Shown here: in pieces, positions 21,448-31,479 of the stretch
Numbering within the stretch: the stretch's first letter is position 1
Layout of the letters: each line of letters begins with the position of its first letter
Assembly: GCA_023436175.1 (NCBI GenBank)
Contig: JAEZKE010000140.1
Span: 464 to 64,463, forward strand
Length of the DNA: 64,000 nt
Direction of reading: 5' to 3'
Source: Methanobacteriota archaeon
GTDB lineage: Archaea; Methanobacteriota; Methanobacteria; Methanobacteriales; Methanobacteriaceae
Notes under the pieces: generated by a model
Database searches by the model: none
The model's input: only the letters and a program-made list of their open reading frames with translations
Told to the model about the DNA's origin: nothing
Position numbers and translations under genes: made by a program

Positions 21448-22098
21448 ATGGATATTAAAATAGATATCAAAGAAATAGGAGAAAATGCCGAAAATGGTTA
21501 CATTCCTATAGAATTGATAACTGATAGAGGTGAGGTATCCTGCAGATTTTATAAAGTTAACAGTAACAAGTTTGGAGTAATATGGGTAGGTGGTATTGGG
21601 GGAGGTTGGGATACACCAGCTGAAGGGTTATATCCCGATTTATCCAAACAACTTAAGGAAAATGACATATCTTCACTCAGAATTCGTTATAGATATCCTC
21701 ATGATATTGATGAGTCCGTATATGATGTACTTACCGGTATTAAGTTTTTAAAAGATATGGGAACTTCTAAAATAGCTTTAGTTGGCCATTCATTGGGAGG
21801 AGCTGTGGTAATTCAAGCTGCTGGATTATCTAATTCTGTTAAAACTGTAGTTGTTCTTTCAACTCAAAGTTATGGATCTGAATCAGTATCTAATTTCTCT
21901 CAAGATACTTCTATACTCCTGATTCACGGAGCTGATGACCCTGTTCTTCCAAGTTCTTGCTCCAAACAGGTCTACAGTAAGGCGCACGATCCAAAAGAAA
22001 TAGTTATATTAACAGGAAATGCCCATTGCTTAGATGAATCTTCGCAAAAAGTCCATCAGATAGTATATGATTGGATTGTATCAAAATTAACTGAATAA
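21448..22098 (+). CDS. Alpha/beta hydrolase
   Basis: GHSLGG, HG.DD and C-terminal His. Confidence 0.85.
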   Translation: MDIKIDIKEIGENAENGYIPIELITDRGEVSCRFYKVNSNKFGVIWVGGIGGGWDTPAEGLYPDLSKQLKENDISSLRIRYRYPHDIDESVYDVLTGIKFLKDMGTSKIALVGHSLGGAVVIQAAGLSNSVKTVVVLSTQSYGSESVSNFSQDTSILLIHGADDPVLPSSCSKQVYSKAHDPKEIVILTGNAHCLDESSQKVHQIVYDWIVSKLTE

Positions 22099-22112
22099 AT
22101 ATTTTTATTAGC

Positions 22113-22676
22113 CTAATATGTATACAAATGCCTCTTTTTCAGCGGTAAGTTACTCTTACCTATTACATATAAATAAATTTCTTCAGTTTCGTCTATTTTT
22201 ACAGGTTCCCATCCTTTAAATTTCCAGACGTATGAAACAATTCGAGTTCCTGGCTTTAACTCTTCAAGAAATTTAGGTTTTAATTTTTGATTGGCGGTAT
22301 CACTTAAAAATAAAGTTACTACAGTAGCTTCGCTGATATTCTTGTTGAAGAAATTCCCCCAAACAATTTTAGCTCTGTTTCCAATACCTGAAAGTGTTAT
22401 GACTAAACGAGACCAGAATACACGTGATGGGTCTGCTTCTAATCCTACTGCCTTTGCATTATACTTTTTAACGGCATTAATCACAATTCTACCGTCACCA
22501 GACCCCAGATCATACACAATATCATCTGGACCCGCTTCTGCCATATCTAACATCTGTTTAACTAATTTTCTAGAAGTAGGTTGAAAACCAGCGCCTATAA
22601 TACTGGACCAGAATATCCAAATTAAAAAAAGTCCAATTAATGCTAAAATTAAGAGTATAAATAATGAAAATGTCAT
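22113..22676 (-). CDS. Membrane-anchored class I SAM methyltransferase (FAM173/aKMT-like)
   Basis: N-terminal TM helix; DLGSGDGR motif. Confidence 0.85.
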   Translation of the reverse strand: MTFSLFILLILALIGLFLIWIFWSSIIGAGFQPTSRKLVKQMLDMAEAGPDDIVYDLGSGDGRIVINAVKKYNAKAVGLEADPSRVFWSRLVITLSGIGNRAKIVWGNFFNKNISEATVVTLFLSDTANQKLKPKFLEELKPGTRIVSYVWKFKGWEPVKIDETEEIYLYVIGKSNLPLKKRHLYTY

Positions 22677-22780
22677 TTTGTGCTCCTTTTTATATTATTC
22701 AATAAATTTAGCTAAAAATCTATATGTTATTAATTAAGATTTATCTTTAGTATAAAATTAAGCCTGAAAAATTTTAAATT

Positions 22781-22855
22781 CTTGCGACTTTTAGTCGCAA
22801 GTTTACGAATCACTGATTCGTAATTCTTGAAACATTCAAAAATTTTCAATTTTTA
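22781..22855. repeat. Tandem short-loop palindrome array (REP-like)
   Basis: CTTGCGACT-TTT-AGTCGCAAG, TTACGAATC-ACT-GATTCGTAA and AAAAATT-TTC-AATTTTT between co-oriented genes. Confidence 0.65.
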
Positions 22856-22873
22856 ACAGCATTTGTATGCCTG

Positions 22874-24514
22874 TTAGTATTCCGATTTTAATTTAATTGC
22901 TAATCTTGATTTTTCAAGAGCTAAACCTAATTGTAGCCCAATAGAACTAAGATTTTCGAGGCTAGTGTTATTATAATGTTTTATCTGCCTGCTGCCCATA
23001 TTTAAAAGCCCTATTATCTCACTACCGCTTTTAATAGGTAGTATTAATAGAGTTTTTATGCCATTTGCTTTAATAGCAGGGTCAAGTGAATTATATTCTT
23101 CAGATTCAGACGTTATATACACTAAATTCTGCTTTTCAAGAGTTTTACTAAAGAGATCTGTAAACATACCTGCCATACACATATTTTTAAGACCCTCAGG
23201 AAGGTTTCTATGTACCTTTAATGTTAATTCTTCTTTATCATCGTTAAGGTAAATACAACCCATTTCAAAACCTAATGAATCAATAGCGGAGTTTACAGCT
23301 TTCTCAAGTATTTCATCTTCGTTGCTTGTGGAATTGAGTACAGTTGAGATCCTGTTCATTGCAAGCAATGTATTGGCAAATTCTTCCTTTTCACTGGTCA
23401 ATCTCTGCATTTTTAGATATCCTGAAAGTTCATCAGCTGCCATTTCAACGTTTTCAATACTGACAGAACTAACTGAAGTTAATGTAGTTAATAAAAGTAT
23501 AGAACCAATGGCAGAATCTTCATCGATAATTGGGATGGACAGCATCAAAGAAAGAGATATATCTTCCATTATTGATTTGATATTTTCAAAATAAAAGTCT
23601 CCATTTCCAGCAGATTTTGTTTCCAGCAAATCCATGCTCTTTTCAATAAATCTTCTGATATTAGGGAACAATTTACTAGTTTCTACTGCCGTTGTTTCAT
23701 ATGCAACCCGTATATTTCCATTATCCTTTAAAAATATAGCGCAATATTTATATGGAATTATATCTTTGATACTTCCTGTTGCTTCTTCCATAAGCTGTTC
23801 TTCACTATGTGCTGAACCTGCAGCTTGAGCTATAGATAGCAATGTTTCTAGTTCGCGTTTTGTACGTCTGGACTGTGAAAGTTCTTCACCTACAATGACA
23901 CTGCCAACAACAGATTCATTGTCATCTAAAATTGGCTGCAGTGATATTTTATATGGCCTGTATACACCTGATTTTTCTACCAGGTCTATTTCAATGGTTA
24001 CTTTATCCTTCAAGCTCAAGGAGCGTATGACATTTTCAAGTATACCTATTTGTTCACCACTTATTATCTCGCGCAGATTCTTTTTCCCTGGGAAAAATGT
24101 ATCAAATACATTATTGTATGCTATAATATCCATATATGTGTTAGTAGTGAATACTAATGCATCTGGACTGTCAATTAACATTTTAAGTTCAATTTCCTTC
24201 GACCGTAATGTATGTAACCTTGAAGCAGCTGATACAAGCTCATTTATCTCCGGATTATCAAGATCAATGGATTCAGGCATAATTTCAGGTTTTTCCTGGA
24301 GGGATTGCTTTAAGAACCATAATTTGCTCCTGCCCACAAATTTATAACTTAATATACCTTTTGCATGTAATATTTCAAGGTATTTAAGCACGGTGGCCCT
24401 GCTCCTGCTTGTGCCTCTAGTTATTTTATCCAGCATGCAGTCTTCAGGCGGGTGAGATTTTATATATGACACAATTAGCCTTTCTGTATTTGATAATTCT
24501 TCCATGATTTTCAT
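22874..24514 (-). CDS. One-component regulator: winged HTH, PAS-like region, two GAF domains
   Basis: SRSRATVLKYLEIL..KG HTH; two GAF-like segments (LSIPI..IG, ILPIK..IG); no kinase domain. Confidence 0.75.
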   Translation of the reverse strand: MKIMEELSNTERLIVSYIKSHPPEDCMLDKITRGTSRSRATVLKYLEILHAKGILSYKFVGRSKLWFLKQSLQEKPEIMPESIDLDNPEINELVSAASRLHTLRSKEIELKMLIDSPDALVFTTNTYMDIIAYNNVFDTFFPGKKNLREIISGEQIGILENVIRSLSLKDKVTIEIDLVEKSGVYRPYKISLQPILDDNESVVGSVIVGEELSQSRRTKRELETLLSIAQAAGSAHSEEQLMEEATGSIKDIIPYKYCAIFLKDNGNIRVAYETTAVETSKLFPNIRRFIEKSMDLLETKSAGNGDFYFENIKSIMEDISLSLMLSIPIIDEDSAIGSILLLTTLTSVSSVSIENVEMAADELSGYLKMQRLTSEKEEFANTLLAMNRISTVLNSTSNEDEILEKAVNSAIDSLGFEMGCIYLNDDKEELTLKVHRNLPEGLKNMCMAGMFTDLFSKTLEKQNLVYITSESEEYNSLDPAIKANGIKTLLILPIKSGSEIIGLLNMGSRQIKHYNNTSLENLSSIGLQLGLALEKSRLAIKLKSEY

Positions 24515-24523
24515 CCCAATTTC

Positions 24524-24680
24524 TTATACTATATAGTATAATTATTAACTTATATATAAATATTACATGGTGTCCGTATTCAACGTTGTTATTGTGTATA
24601 TTCATGTTTTTTGTTTCATTAAAGTAAAGTTTAAATACTATAAATTATACTATAAAGTATAGTTATACTATAAGGTATAG
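24524..24680. promoter_or_regulatory. Three 18-bp palindromic operators in a divergent promoter region
   Basis: TTATACTATATAGTATAA (24524-24541, perfect), TTATACTATAAAGTATAG (24645-24662), TTATACTATAAGGTATAG (24663-24680). Confidence 0.7.
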
Positions 24681-24714
24681 TTTAAATATGTTATTTTGAG
24701 GAGGGCCAGATACC

Positions 24715-25398
24715 ATGTATGAAGAAAATGTAAAAGAATTAAGTGAATTATTAGGGCTAAAAGGAAGCCCTGTAGCTGTAAAACTGGTGAAATCGGTCAA
24801 TGAAATTCCAGAGGGTTACTCTAAAATAAGTGAAAAGAAAAGACACTGTGAATTTGTCCAGGATGCAAGGTTAACTGGAAATAAAGGTTATGCAACTTCA
24901 GAAGAACACCTATGTAAGGGTGGGGCAGGAGTGATGGGAATTGAACCATTGCCTGAGAGTGTAGCTTCTGGAAAAATGTACCACCAGCTTGGAAACTTTG
25001 AAACTGCTGAAGGTGCCCAGGAAACAATTACTGCTATTCCTAAATCCAGTGAAGAGTATTATGCTTCAATTTATTCACCCTTAGAAAGTGCAGAATATGA
25101 ACCGGATGTAATAGTTCTTGTACTTACACCGAAACAGGCTTTAAGAGTATCTCAAGCCTATTTAAGAGCAAAAGGAGGTAGAATTTCCAGCGACTATTCA
25201 GGTATACAGTCTTTATGTGCTGATGCTGTAGTGGCCGTAAAAGAGCGAGGAATACCAAACATGACCCTTGGGTGTAGCGGTTCACGTAAATACGCTAAAA
25301 TAGCAGACGAAGAAGTTATTATAGGAATACCTCCTAAAAACTTCGTTGATATAGTAGACGCCTTAAAAACATTTAAAGATAAATGGGGAGAACTTTAG
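24715..25398 (+). CDS. DUF169 (COG2043) protein
   Basis: SPVAVKL, RHCE, C.GG, QSLCAD, LGC.GSR. Confidence 0.85.
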   Translation: MYEENVKELSELLGLKGSPVAVKLVKSVNEIPEGYSKISEKKRHCEFVQDARLTGNKGYATSEEHLCKGGAGVMGIEPLPESVASGKMYHQLGNFETAEGAQETITAIPKSSEEYYASIYSPLESAEYEPDVIVLVLTPKQALRVSQAYLRAKGGRISSDYSGIQSLCADAVVAVKERGIPNMTLGCSGSRKYAKIADEEVIIGIPPKNFVDIVDALKTFKDKWGEL

Positions 25399-25410
25399 GA
25401 GAAAACAGTC

Positions 25411-26235
25411 ATGAAAACAGTTAACGCTCTGGGAATTAAAGCACCTAATTCATCAATACTTGCAGAAAACATTATAAAAAACGGTGCAGATGATGGGCTT
25501 ATCTTAACTCTTAGTCCAGGATCAGAAAAGGGCCTTGAGGAAATTGCAAAGAAATATGGCTTTGCATTTGAAATAGAAAAGTTAGTCGATGAGGTTGTAG
25601 TTAGAATGACAAAATCACAGGCAGAAGAATTAGATGTTACAGGAGAAACATGCCCAGGACCTATCATACTGGTAGGGGACAAGCTTAGTTCTATGGCAAT
25701 TGGAGAACGCTTAAAGGTTAAAAGTAAAAGTGGTGAAGCCATTGAAGATATAGCCATTTCCATTCCAGAAATGAATGGTAAAGTGGTTGAAAAAGGTACA
25801 GATGGCAATAAGAGTTATATTCTACTAGAAAAAGTAGAAAAAGCTGCTTCAACATCGGCTGCGGTAGCTAACAGGGATAAAGTGCTTGTTGCACAGAGTA
25901 ATGGAATAGGTAACGCAGAACGTGCCTACGCTACATTTATATTCTCAAAAGCTGCCCTCAGTATGGGTAAAAAAGTGACAATATTCCTGCTCATGGATGG
26001 AGTAAGTATAGCCAAAAAAGGTAACGCAGAAAAGGTTAAACATCCATCTTTCGATAGATTGGACAAGTTAATGGTAGAAATTATTGAAATGGGCGCTAAA
26101 GTTTACGTATGTGAGCTCAGTGCTGAATTTAGAGGAATGAAACAAGAAGATCTTGTTAAAGGTACCAGTCTTGCAGGGGCTGCAACATACATAACACTGC
26201 TAAGTGACCCTACATACGCAGTTGTAAACTTTTAA
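25411..26235 (+). CDS. TusA-like sulfur carrier fused to DsrE/F-like domain
   Basis: LDVTGETCPGP TusA motif; FLLMDGV...VCELS DsrE motif. Confidence 0.8.
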   Translation: MKTVNALGIKAPNSSILAENIIKNGADDGLILTLSPGSEKGLEEIAKKYGFAFEIEKLVDEVVVRMTKSQAEELDVTGETCPGPIILVGDKLSSMAIGERLKVKSKSGEAIEDIAISIPEMNGKVVEKGTDGNKSYILLEKVEKAASTSAAVANRDKVLVAQSNGIGNAERAYATFIFSKAALSMGKKVTIFLLMDGVSIAKKGNAEKVKHPSFDRLDKLMVEIIEMGAKVYVCELSAEFRGMKQEDLVKGTSLAGAATYITLLSDPTYAVVNF

Positions 26236-26249
26236 GGAGGTTAAGGAAA

Positions 26250-26576
26250 ATGCAAGTTACATATCCCTTAATAATACTCGCAATACTCGTGAGTGGTATT
26301 GCAAGTGGTTTTATAACATTTAGAATGTCAGGTATGCGCCTGGCGCCGCACTTCGGTGCTTTGATACTGGCACTTATAGTTACAATTGCAGGTATTGCCA
26401 CAAATAATATATTAGTTGTCTATACAGCTGTAGCGTTGCAGTTAATTGCAGTCATTACAGCTTTTACACAGACATGGGCAACTCTCAAATATAATTTTCA
26501 GACATCACCGGCGTACGCTCCACATTTAGCTCTTATGGCCATGATTCCAGTACTTGCAGTTGCATCAGTGATTTAA
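26250..26576 (+). CDS. Small 4-TM membrane protein (DUF5400-like)
   Basis: Hydrophobic; two APH motifs; AAGGAGG RBS; co-oriented in operon. Confidence 0.7.
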   Translation: MQVTYPLIILAILVSGIASGFITFRMSGMRLAPHFGALILALIVTIAGIATNNILVVYTAVALQLIAVITAFTQTWATLKYNFQTSPAYAPHLALMAMIPVLAVASVI

Positions 26577-26725
26577 TTTTTAATTTTTTTTCTCTTTAAC
26601 TTTTTTAAACCTTGATTTTGATTTTATATCATAAAATAAGTTTTTTAATGATTTTTGATTAATATGTGCTTCATGCTGTATTTAGTATACCCTATTTATT
26701 TAATGTACAGCATATAATTAAATTG

Positions 26726-27334
26726 ATGACAATTGAAGATAAAGAAAGACTGAGAAACTTTATATGGAGCACTTTAGAAAATAATAATCTATCTAAATCT
26801 CCAAAACCGTCTTATGGAAGAATACCCAATTTTTCAGGTTCAACTGAAGCAGCCAAAATGTTAAGAAGCACTGAAGAATGGCAGAACTGCGAAGTGATCT
26901 TTTCAAGTCCAGATTCAGCCCAGAAAAAAGTTCGTGAATTTGCATTATTAGATAAAAAGCTTTTAATTATGGCTTCACCTAAGCTAAAAGACGGATTTCT
27001 TTTAATAGATCCGTATAGTGTTAGAGGAAATGAAGAAACAGCATCAACCATAAATGGAGCTTTTAAATTTGGAAAGAAAATCTATGAGTTTCCTAAAGTG
27101 GATCTTGTAGTTGAAGGTTCTGTGGCAGTTGATAAAGCTGGAAACAGACTCGGAAAAGGTGGAGGTTATGGTGATAGAGAAATATCTGAGTTAATATCTA
27201 AAAAAGCTATTACAGAGAACACTCCTGTTGCAACTACTGTTCATGAAGTTCAGATTATAAATAAAGTTCCTACAGAAGAACATGACGAAAAAATAAACAT
27301 GATAGTGACTCCTGAAAGGGTAATTCGAATTTAA
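26726..27334 (+). CDS. 5-formyltetrahydrofolate cyclo-ligase-like protein (COG0212)
   Basis: GRIPNF, PDSAQ, GSVAV, RLGKGGGYGD. Confidence 0.85.
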   Translation: MTIEDKERLRNFIWSTLENNNLSKSPKPSYGRIPNFSGSTEAAKMLRSTEEWQNCEVIFSSPDSAQKKVREFALLDKKLLIMASPKLKDGFLLIDPYSVRGNEETASTINGAFKFGKKIYEFPKVDLVVEGSVAVDKAGNRLGKGGGYGDREISELISKKAITENTPVATTVHEVQIINKVPTEEHDEKINMIVTPERVIRI

Positions 27335-27552
27335 TTAAAAATAAGAAATAATAAGCTGAAATTAATTAATGATTTAATAATGATGTATCTGTTAATATCC
27401 ATAAAAGTGCATAAAAATTATGCTATGATTTAAGTTGTAGTATTGACCAATTTACATGATCTTTATTTAAGATTTTGGATTTAGATGATGACAGTTCGTA
27501 TTAAACATGATCACTTTGCGCTACATTAACCAAAATTGAAGGAAGTGAATTA

Positions 27553-28020
27553 ATGAAAAGTGGCCAAAATAAAATCAAAAATTTTATTAATAATTTATCT
27601 GCAAAACACGATGAAAAAGAAAAATATTCTAAAAAATCAAAATATATAGGCGCAATAGTCGTTAACATCATTTTATTGTATATTTTTAACAATTTACTTA
27701 GCTGGCATATTTATTTTATTACAAGCGCACTTAACGAAGTTTTATGGATTATAAACCTAACAGTTATAGCTACAATCATAGGGAATATAATACTTCTTAT
27801 CTTTAATCCAAAATGGTTCAAACATATAGTAAAGATAATTTTAAATATACTTGCCATTGCTGCAGTATATTCTATTTACAGCATATTCCCATTCAATTTC
27901 AGTTCATTTTTAGCTGACTGGAGTGTAACTATTGCTTTAATATTTGTAATGATTGGTATAGCCATTGCGACTATAATTGAACTTTTGTTCTTAATTTTTA
28001 ATATTATTAAAAAATTTTAA
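27553..28020 (+). CDS. Hypothetical 4-TM membrane protein
   Basis: Hydrophobic segments; IFPFNF motif. Confidence 0.7.
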   Translation: MKSGQNKIKNFINNLSAKHDEKEKYSKKSKYIGAIVVNIILLYIFNNLLSWHIYFITSALNEVLWIINLTVIATIIGNIILLIFNPKWFKHIVKIILNILAIAAVYSIYSIFPFNFSSFLADWSVTIALIFVMIGIAIATIIELLFLIFNIIKKF

Positions 28021-28029
28021 TTGTATAAT

Positions 28030-28230
28030 CTACTTAATTTCTTTTATTTCATCTATCCAGCGTTTACTTGAGTTAATACTTTCTTTAATTTTCAATATCT
28101 CCTCTAAAAACTCGTCAATATTTTCTGCAGATATCAAAACTACAACTTCACCTTTATCAAATACTGAATGATCCTTAAGTATAACTCCTCCTTCTCCTAC
28201 AAACCCTACTGTTGACCTTAATTTGTCCAT
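28030..28230 (-). CDS. Small hypothetical protein (66 aa; beta region plus coiled coil)
   Basis: GGGAGG RBS; follows yjbQ on the same strand. Confidence 0.6.
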   Translation of the reverse strand: MDKLRSTVGFVGEGGVILKDHSVFDKGEVVVLISAENIDEFLEEILKIKESINSSKRWIDEIKEIK

Positions 28231-28261
28231 TTAAATCCTCCCATTATTTAACATTAAACAA

Positions 28262-28660
28262 CTATTCTCCAATAACAGTTACCTCTATTTTCCTTAACCT
28301 ACCTGAGGTATCGGCCTCTATGAAAAATAAATCCTGCCATGTTCCTTTGATAACTCTTCCATTACGTACTGGCAGTGTTCTATCTGGAGGAAGAAGCATT
28401 GATCTGAGGTGTGAAAAAGCATTTACATCATGCTTCCATCCTTCTTTAGGAGTTAAGTCATCAAGTAATTTTTCTATATCTTCCCTTAAATTACTTTCAA
28501 GTTCTGTTAATGCAAAGACTGCAGTAGCATGTGGAGCAAAAACATGCACAATACCGTTCCTGATCTTAGATTCACCAACCGCAGCTTCGATTTTATGTGT
28601 TAAATTAATAATATCTCCTAATTTTTCAGTTTCTATATGGATGGTTTTTGTAAAAATCAT
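28262..28660 (-). CDS. yjbQ: YjbQ/UPF0047 family protein
   Basis: HATA, H..NA.SH, GTWQ..F.E.D motifs; AAGGAGG RBS before ATG 28660. Confidence 0.88.
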   Translation of the reverse strand: MIFTKTIHIETEKLGDIINLTHKIEAAVGESKIRNGIVHVFAPHATAVFALTELESNLREDIEKLLDDLTPKEGWKHDVNAFSHLRSMLLPPDRTLPVRNGRVIKGTWQDLFFIEADTSGRLRKIEVTVIGE

Positions 28661-28956
28661 AAAAGACCTCCTTATCAATTTAAGAAAATTTTAAATTAAT
28701 TATATGGGATTTATTTCTTAAAATCTTATCTTACTACATGTTCATTTATATTACTTTAAAGATAAGATTTTACTTTTACAAATTTCATGCCCTGCCTTAA
28801 TTCTTTCTTTAAAATTGGTTGAGATATAGAAAATATCCATGTAAATATGCATACAAACCACAACGTATATATTAGTATTTAACTTTGATAATAATATAAT
28901 AATACATTTCATATTAACAAATTATTTTAGGAGAATACTTAGAAGAAGATGAAAAT

Positions 28957-31335
28957 ATGATAAAGGCGGGTAGTTACTCATTTGGGGAAAATAACTTCAA
29001 AATATTCGATAATCTGCTTGAGGGAGTATCTGTTTATGAACCAGTCTATGATAACGGTAAAGTCCATGATTTTATCATAAAATATGTTAATCCAGCCACA
29101 ATTGCAGGTTCTGGCAATTCATACAAACATTACATTGGCAAATATATCGGTAATTTATATGGGATCGAGCATTTAGAACTTTATTTCAAAATATTTGAAG
29201 AAATAATTGCTACAGGTAAAAGTAAAACATTTAAAGCTTATTTACCACCGTTAAATAGATACTATCAAGTTTCAGGTTTTCAAAATCCCGATGGCTTTTT
29301 TGTCATGCTCCGAGTAGATATTACTGATCAGGAAAAAGCAGAAAGAGAATTAAAAAATACTTATGACAATTTAGAAATTAAAGTTCATGAAAAAACCAAC
29401 GAATTACAAAAAGCCAATGAAGAATTAAAGCAGGAAATTAAAGAAAAAAAAAGAGTAGAATCAAAATTAATAGAAAGTGAAAACCGTTATCGTAAATTAT
29501 TAGAAAATTCATTTGATGCAGTTGTTATACACAATGATGGTAAACTTATCTCTGCAAATAGTGCTGCAATGGATCTTTTTGGGGTAAAAAATCCTGAAGA
29601 ATTTGTTGATACTCCATTACTTAATTTTGTACATCCAGATTATAGAGAAACTGTGATAGAACGTATTGGAGAAATGCTGAAAAATAAAGCAGTTCCCCCG
29701 ATAGAAGAAAAATTCTTATCAGTAGATGGAAAAGTGATAGACGTTGAAGTTTTAGCAACTGGATTTCATTATAAAGGCGAAAATGCAGTTCAAGTTGTTT
29801 TTCGTGATATAACTGAACGTAAAATGGCAGAAAAAGCACTAAAAGAAAGTGAGGAAAAATTCCGTTTGATATTCAATAAAGCAAATGACATGCTAACTCT
29901 ATCAGAGTTGCAAGAAAATGGAATGCCAGGTAAATACATTGAAGTGAATGAAGTTGGATATAAACGATTAGGGTACACACGGGAAGAATTTTTGGATATG
30001 AGTCCTGCTGACATAGTTGCTCCTAATAAAAGAGATGAAATGCCTGGAAATGCAGAATTAATAGCAAAAAATGGCTGTAGTAATTTTGAAATAGTTCATG
30101 TAGCTAAAGACGGCAGAAAGATACCTGTTGAAATTAATGGACATATGATTGATTACAAAGGAAGAAAAGTTTACCTTACGGTTTCTCGCGATATTACAAA
30201 ACGTAAGCAAATGTCTAAGGCTTTAAATGAAAGTGAGGAGAAATTCAGGAAAATATTCAACAATGCAAGTGATATGATTACATTACATGAAATGAACGAA
30301 AATGGAATGCCCGGAAAGTTCATTGAAGTAAATGAAGTTGGATGCAATCGGTTGGGCTATACAAATGAAGAATTCCAAAAAATGGCTCCTGTAGATATAG
30401 TTGCTCCAGATAAAAGAGTAGAAATGGCAAGTCAGGCAATAGAAGTTTGGACAAATGGGTATGCTAAATTTGAAATAGTTCATATAGCTAAAGACGGTAG
30501 AAGAGTACCTGTTGAAGTCAATACTCACATCTTTAAATTCAGGGGAAAAACTGTTGCTCTCGGTGTTTCTCGTGATATTACAGAACGCAAAGGAGATGAA
30601 GAAAAATTAAAAAAACTTTTAGATCAGTTAAGTCACTCAAATGAAGAATTTGAACAATGCATTTATATAACCGTTAATTATTTACAAGAACATCTCGGAA
30701 TCATTACAGATCTTACTAAACAGCTTAAAAATGAGTACACAGATAAATTAGATATTAATATAGATGATTTCATTAACAGTATCGCAGATGAGAGTGTCAA
30801 TTTAAAACAGATACTCTTCAACTTACTTGAATATGAGAGTATTTCTAGAGCTAAAAAATCGTTTAAACTTGTAGATATTGAAAAATTTATTCATAACGCG
30901 TTATCTGACTTAAAAATTAACAAGAATAATGTTGAAATTAGCTATGACCAGCTTCCAAAAGTTATTGCAGATTCTGATCAAATCAATAAGGTATTCCAGA
31001 ACTTGATTATCAATGCAATTGACTTTAAAAAAGAGGATAGACCACTGAAAATCCATATTTCAGCACGTAAAGATGATAAAAAAAATGAATATGTTTTTAG
31101 CATACAGGATAATGGAATTGGAATGGATTCACAGTGTGTAAAACATATTTTTACCACATATTATCATTTGTATTTACGAGAACAGCACCATATAACTGGA
31201 ACTTGCTTATTCCTTACAAAAAAAATTGTTGAAAGACACGGCGGTAAGATCTGGGCCGAATCAGAGCAGGGTGTTGGATCAACGTTTTATTTTACTCTGC
31301 CTGTTAACCAGCTGAATTCCTCAAAAACCTCTTAA
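28957..31335 (+). CDS. Multi-PAS histidine-kinase-like protein with degenerate H-box (probable pseudokinase)
   Basis: Four PAS domains; HATPase N box (QNLIINA) and G1 (DNGIG); H-box reads VNYLQEH instead of SHDLQEP. Confidence 0.8.
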   Translation: MIKAGSYSFGENNFKIFDNLLEGVSVYEPVYDNGKVHDFIIKYVNPATIAGSGNSYKHYIGKYIGNLYGIEHLELYFKIFEEIIATGKSKTFKAYLPPLNRYYQVSGFQNPDGFFVMLRVDITDQEKAERELKNTYDNLEIKVHEKTNELQKANEELKQEIKEKKRVESKLIESENRYRKLLENSFDAVVIHNDGKLISANSAAMDLFGVKNPEEFVDTPLLNFVHPDYRETVIERIGEMLKNKAVPPIEEKFLSVDGKVIDVEVLATGFHYKGENAVQVVFRDITERKMAEKALKESEEKFRLIFNKANDMLTLSELQENGMPGKYIEVNEVGYKRLGYTREEFLDMSPADIVAPNKRDEMPGNAELIAKNGCSNFEIVHVAKDGRKIPVEINGHMIDYKGRKVYLTVSRDITKRKQMSKALNESEEKFRKIFNNASDMITLHEMNENGMPGKFIEVNEVGCNRLGYTNEEFQKMAPVDIVAPDKRVEMASQAIEVWTNGYAKFEIVHIAKDGRRVPVEVNTHIFKFRGKTVALGVSRDITERKGDEEKLKKLLDQLSHSNEEFEQCIYITVNYLQEHLGIITDLTKQLKNEYTDKLDINIDDFINSIADESVNLKQILFNLLEYESISRAKKSFKLVDIEKFIHNALSDLKINKNNVEISYDQLPKVIADSDQINKVFQNLIINAIDFKKEDRPLKIHISARKDDKKNEYVFSIQDNGIGMDSQCVKHIFTTYYHLYLREQHHITGTCLFLTKKIVERHGGKIWAESEQGVGSTFYFTLPVNQLNSSKTS

Positions 31336-31479
31336 ATTCAGGGACACAAAAACGAAGGATATTTACCTGCTTCAAAAATTAAACTATAAAAATGTCAAAT
31401 ATGGTTTTCGCTTCTTTTTAATTCTGTTTTTAGACATCCGAGGCAAATAAATAAAATATAGGTTAAATTAACCTTTCAG

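Noticed and set aside
24645..24680. Tandem repeats here and at 61394-61447 as mini-CRISPR arrays
   Set aside because: Repeats are too short, have no unique spacers, and no cas genes are present; their positions fit operators
29840..30590. Long direct repeat inside the PAS kinase gene
   Set aside because: Ordinary tandem PAS-domain duplication
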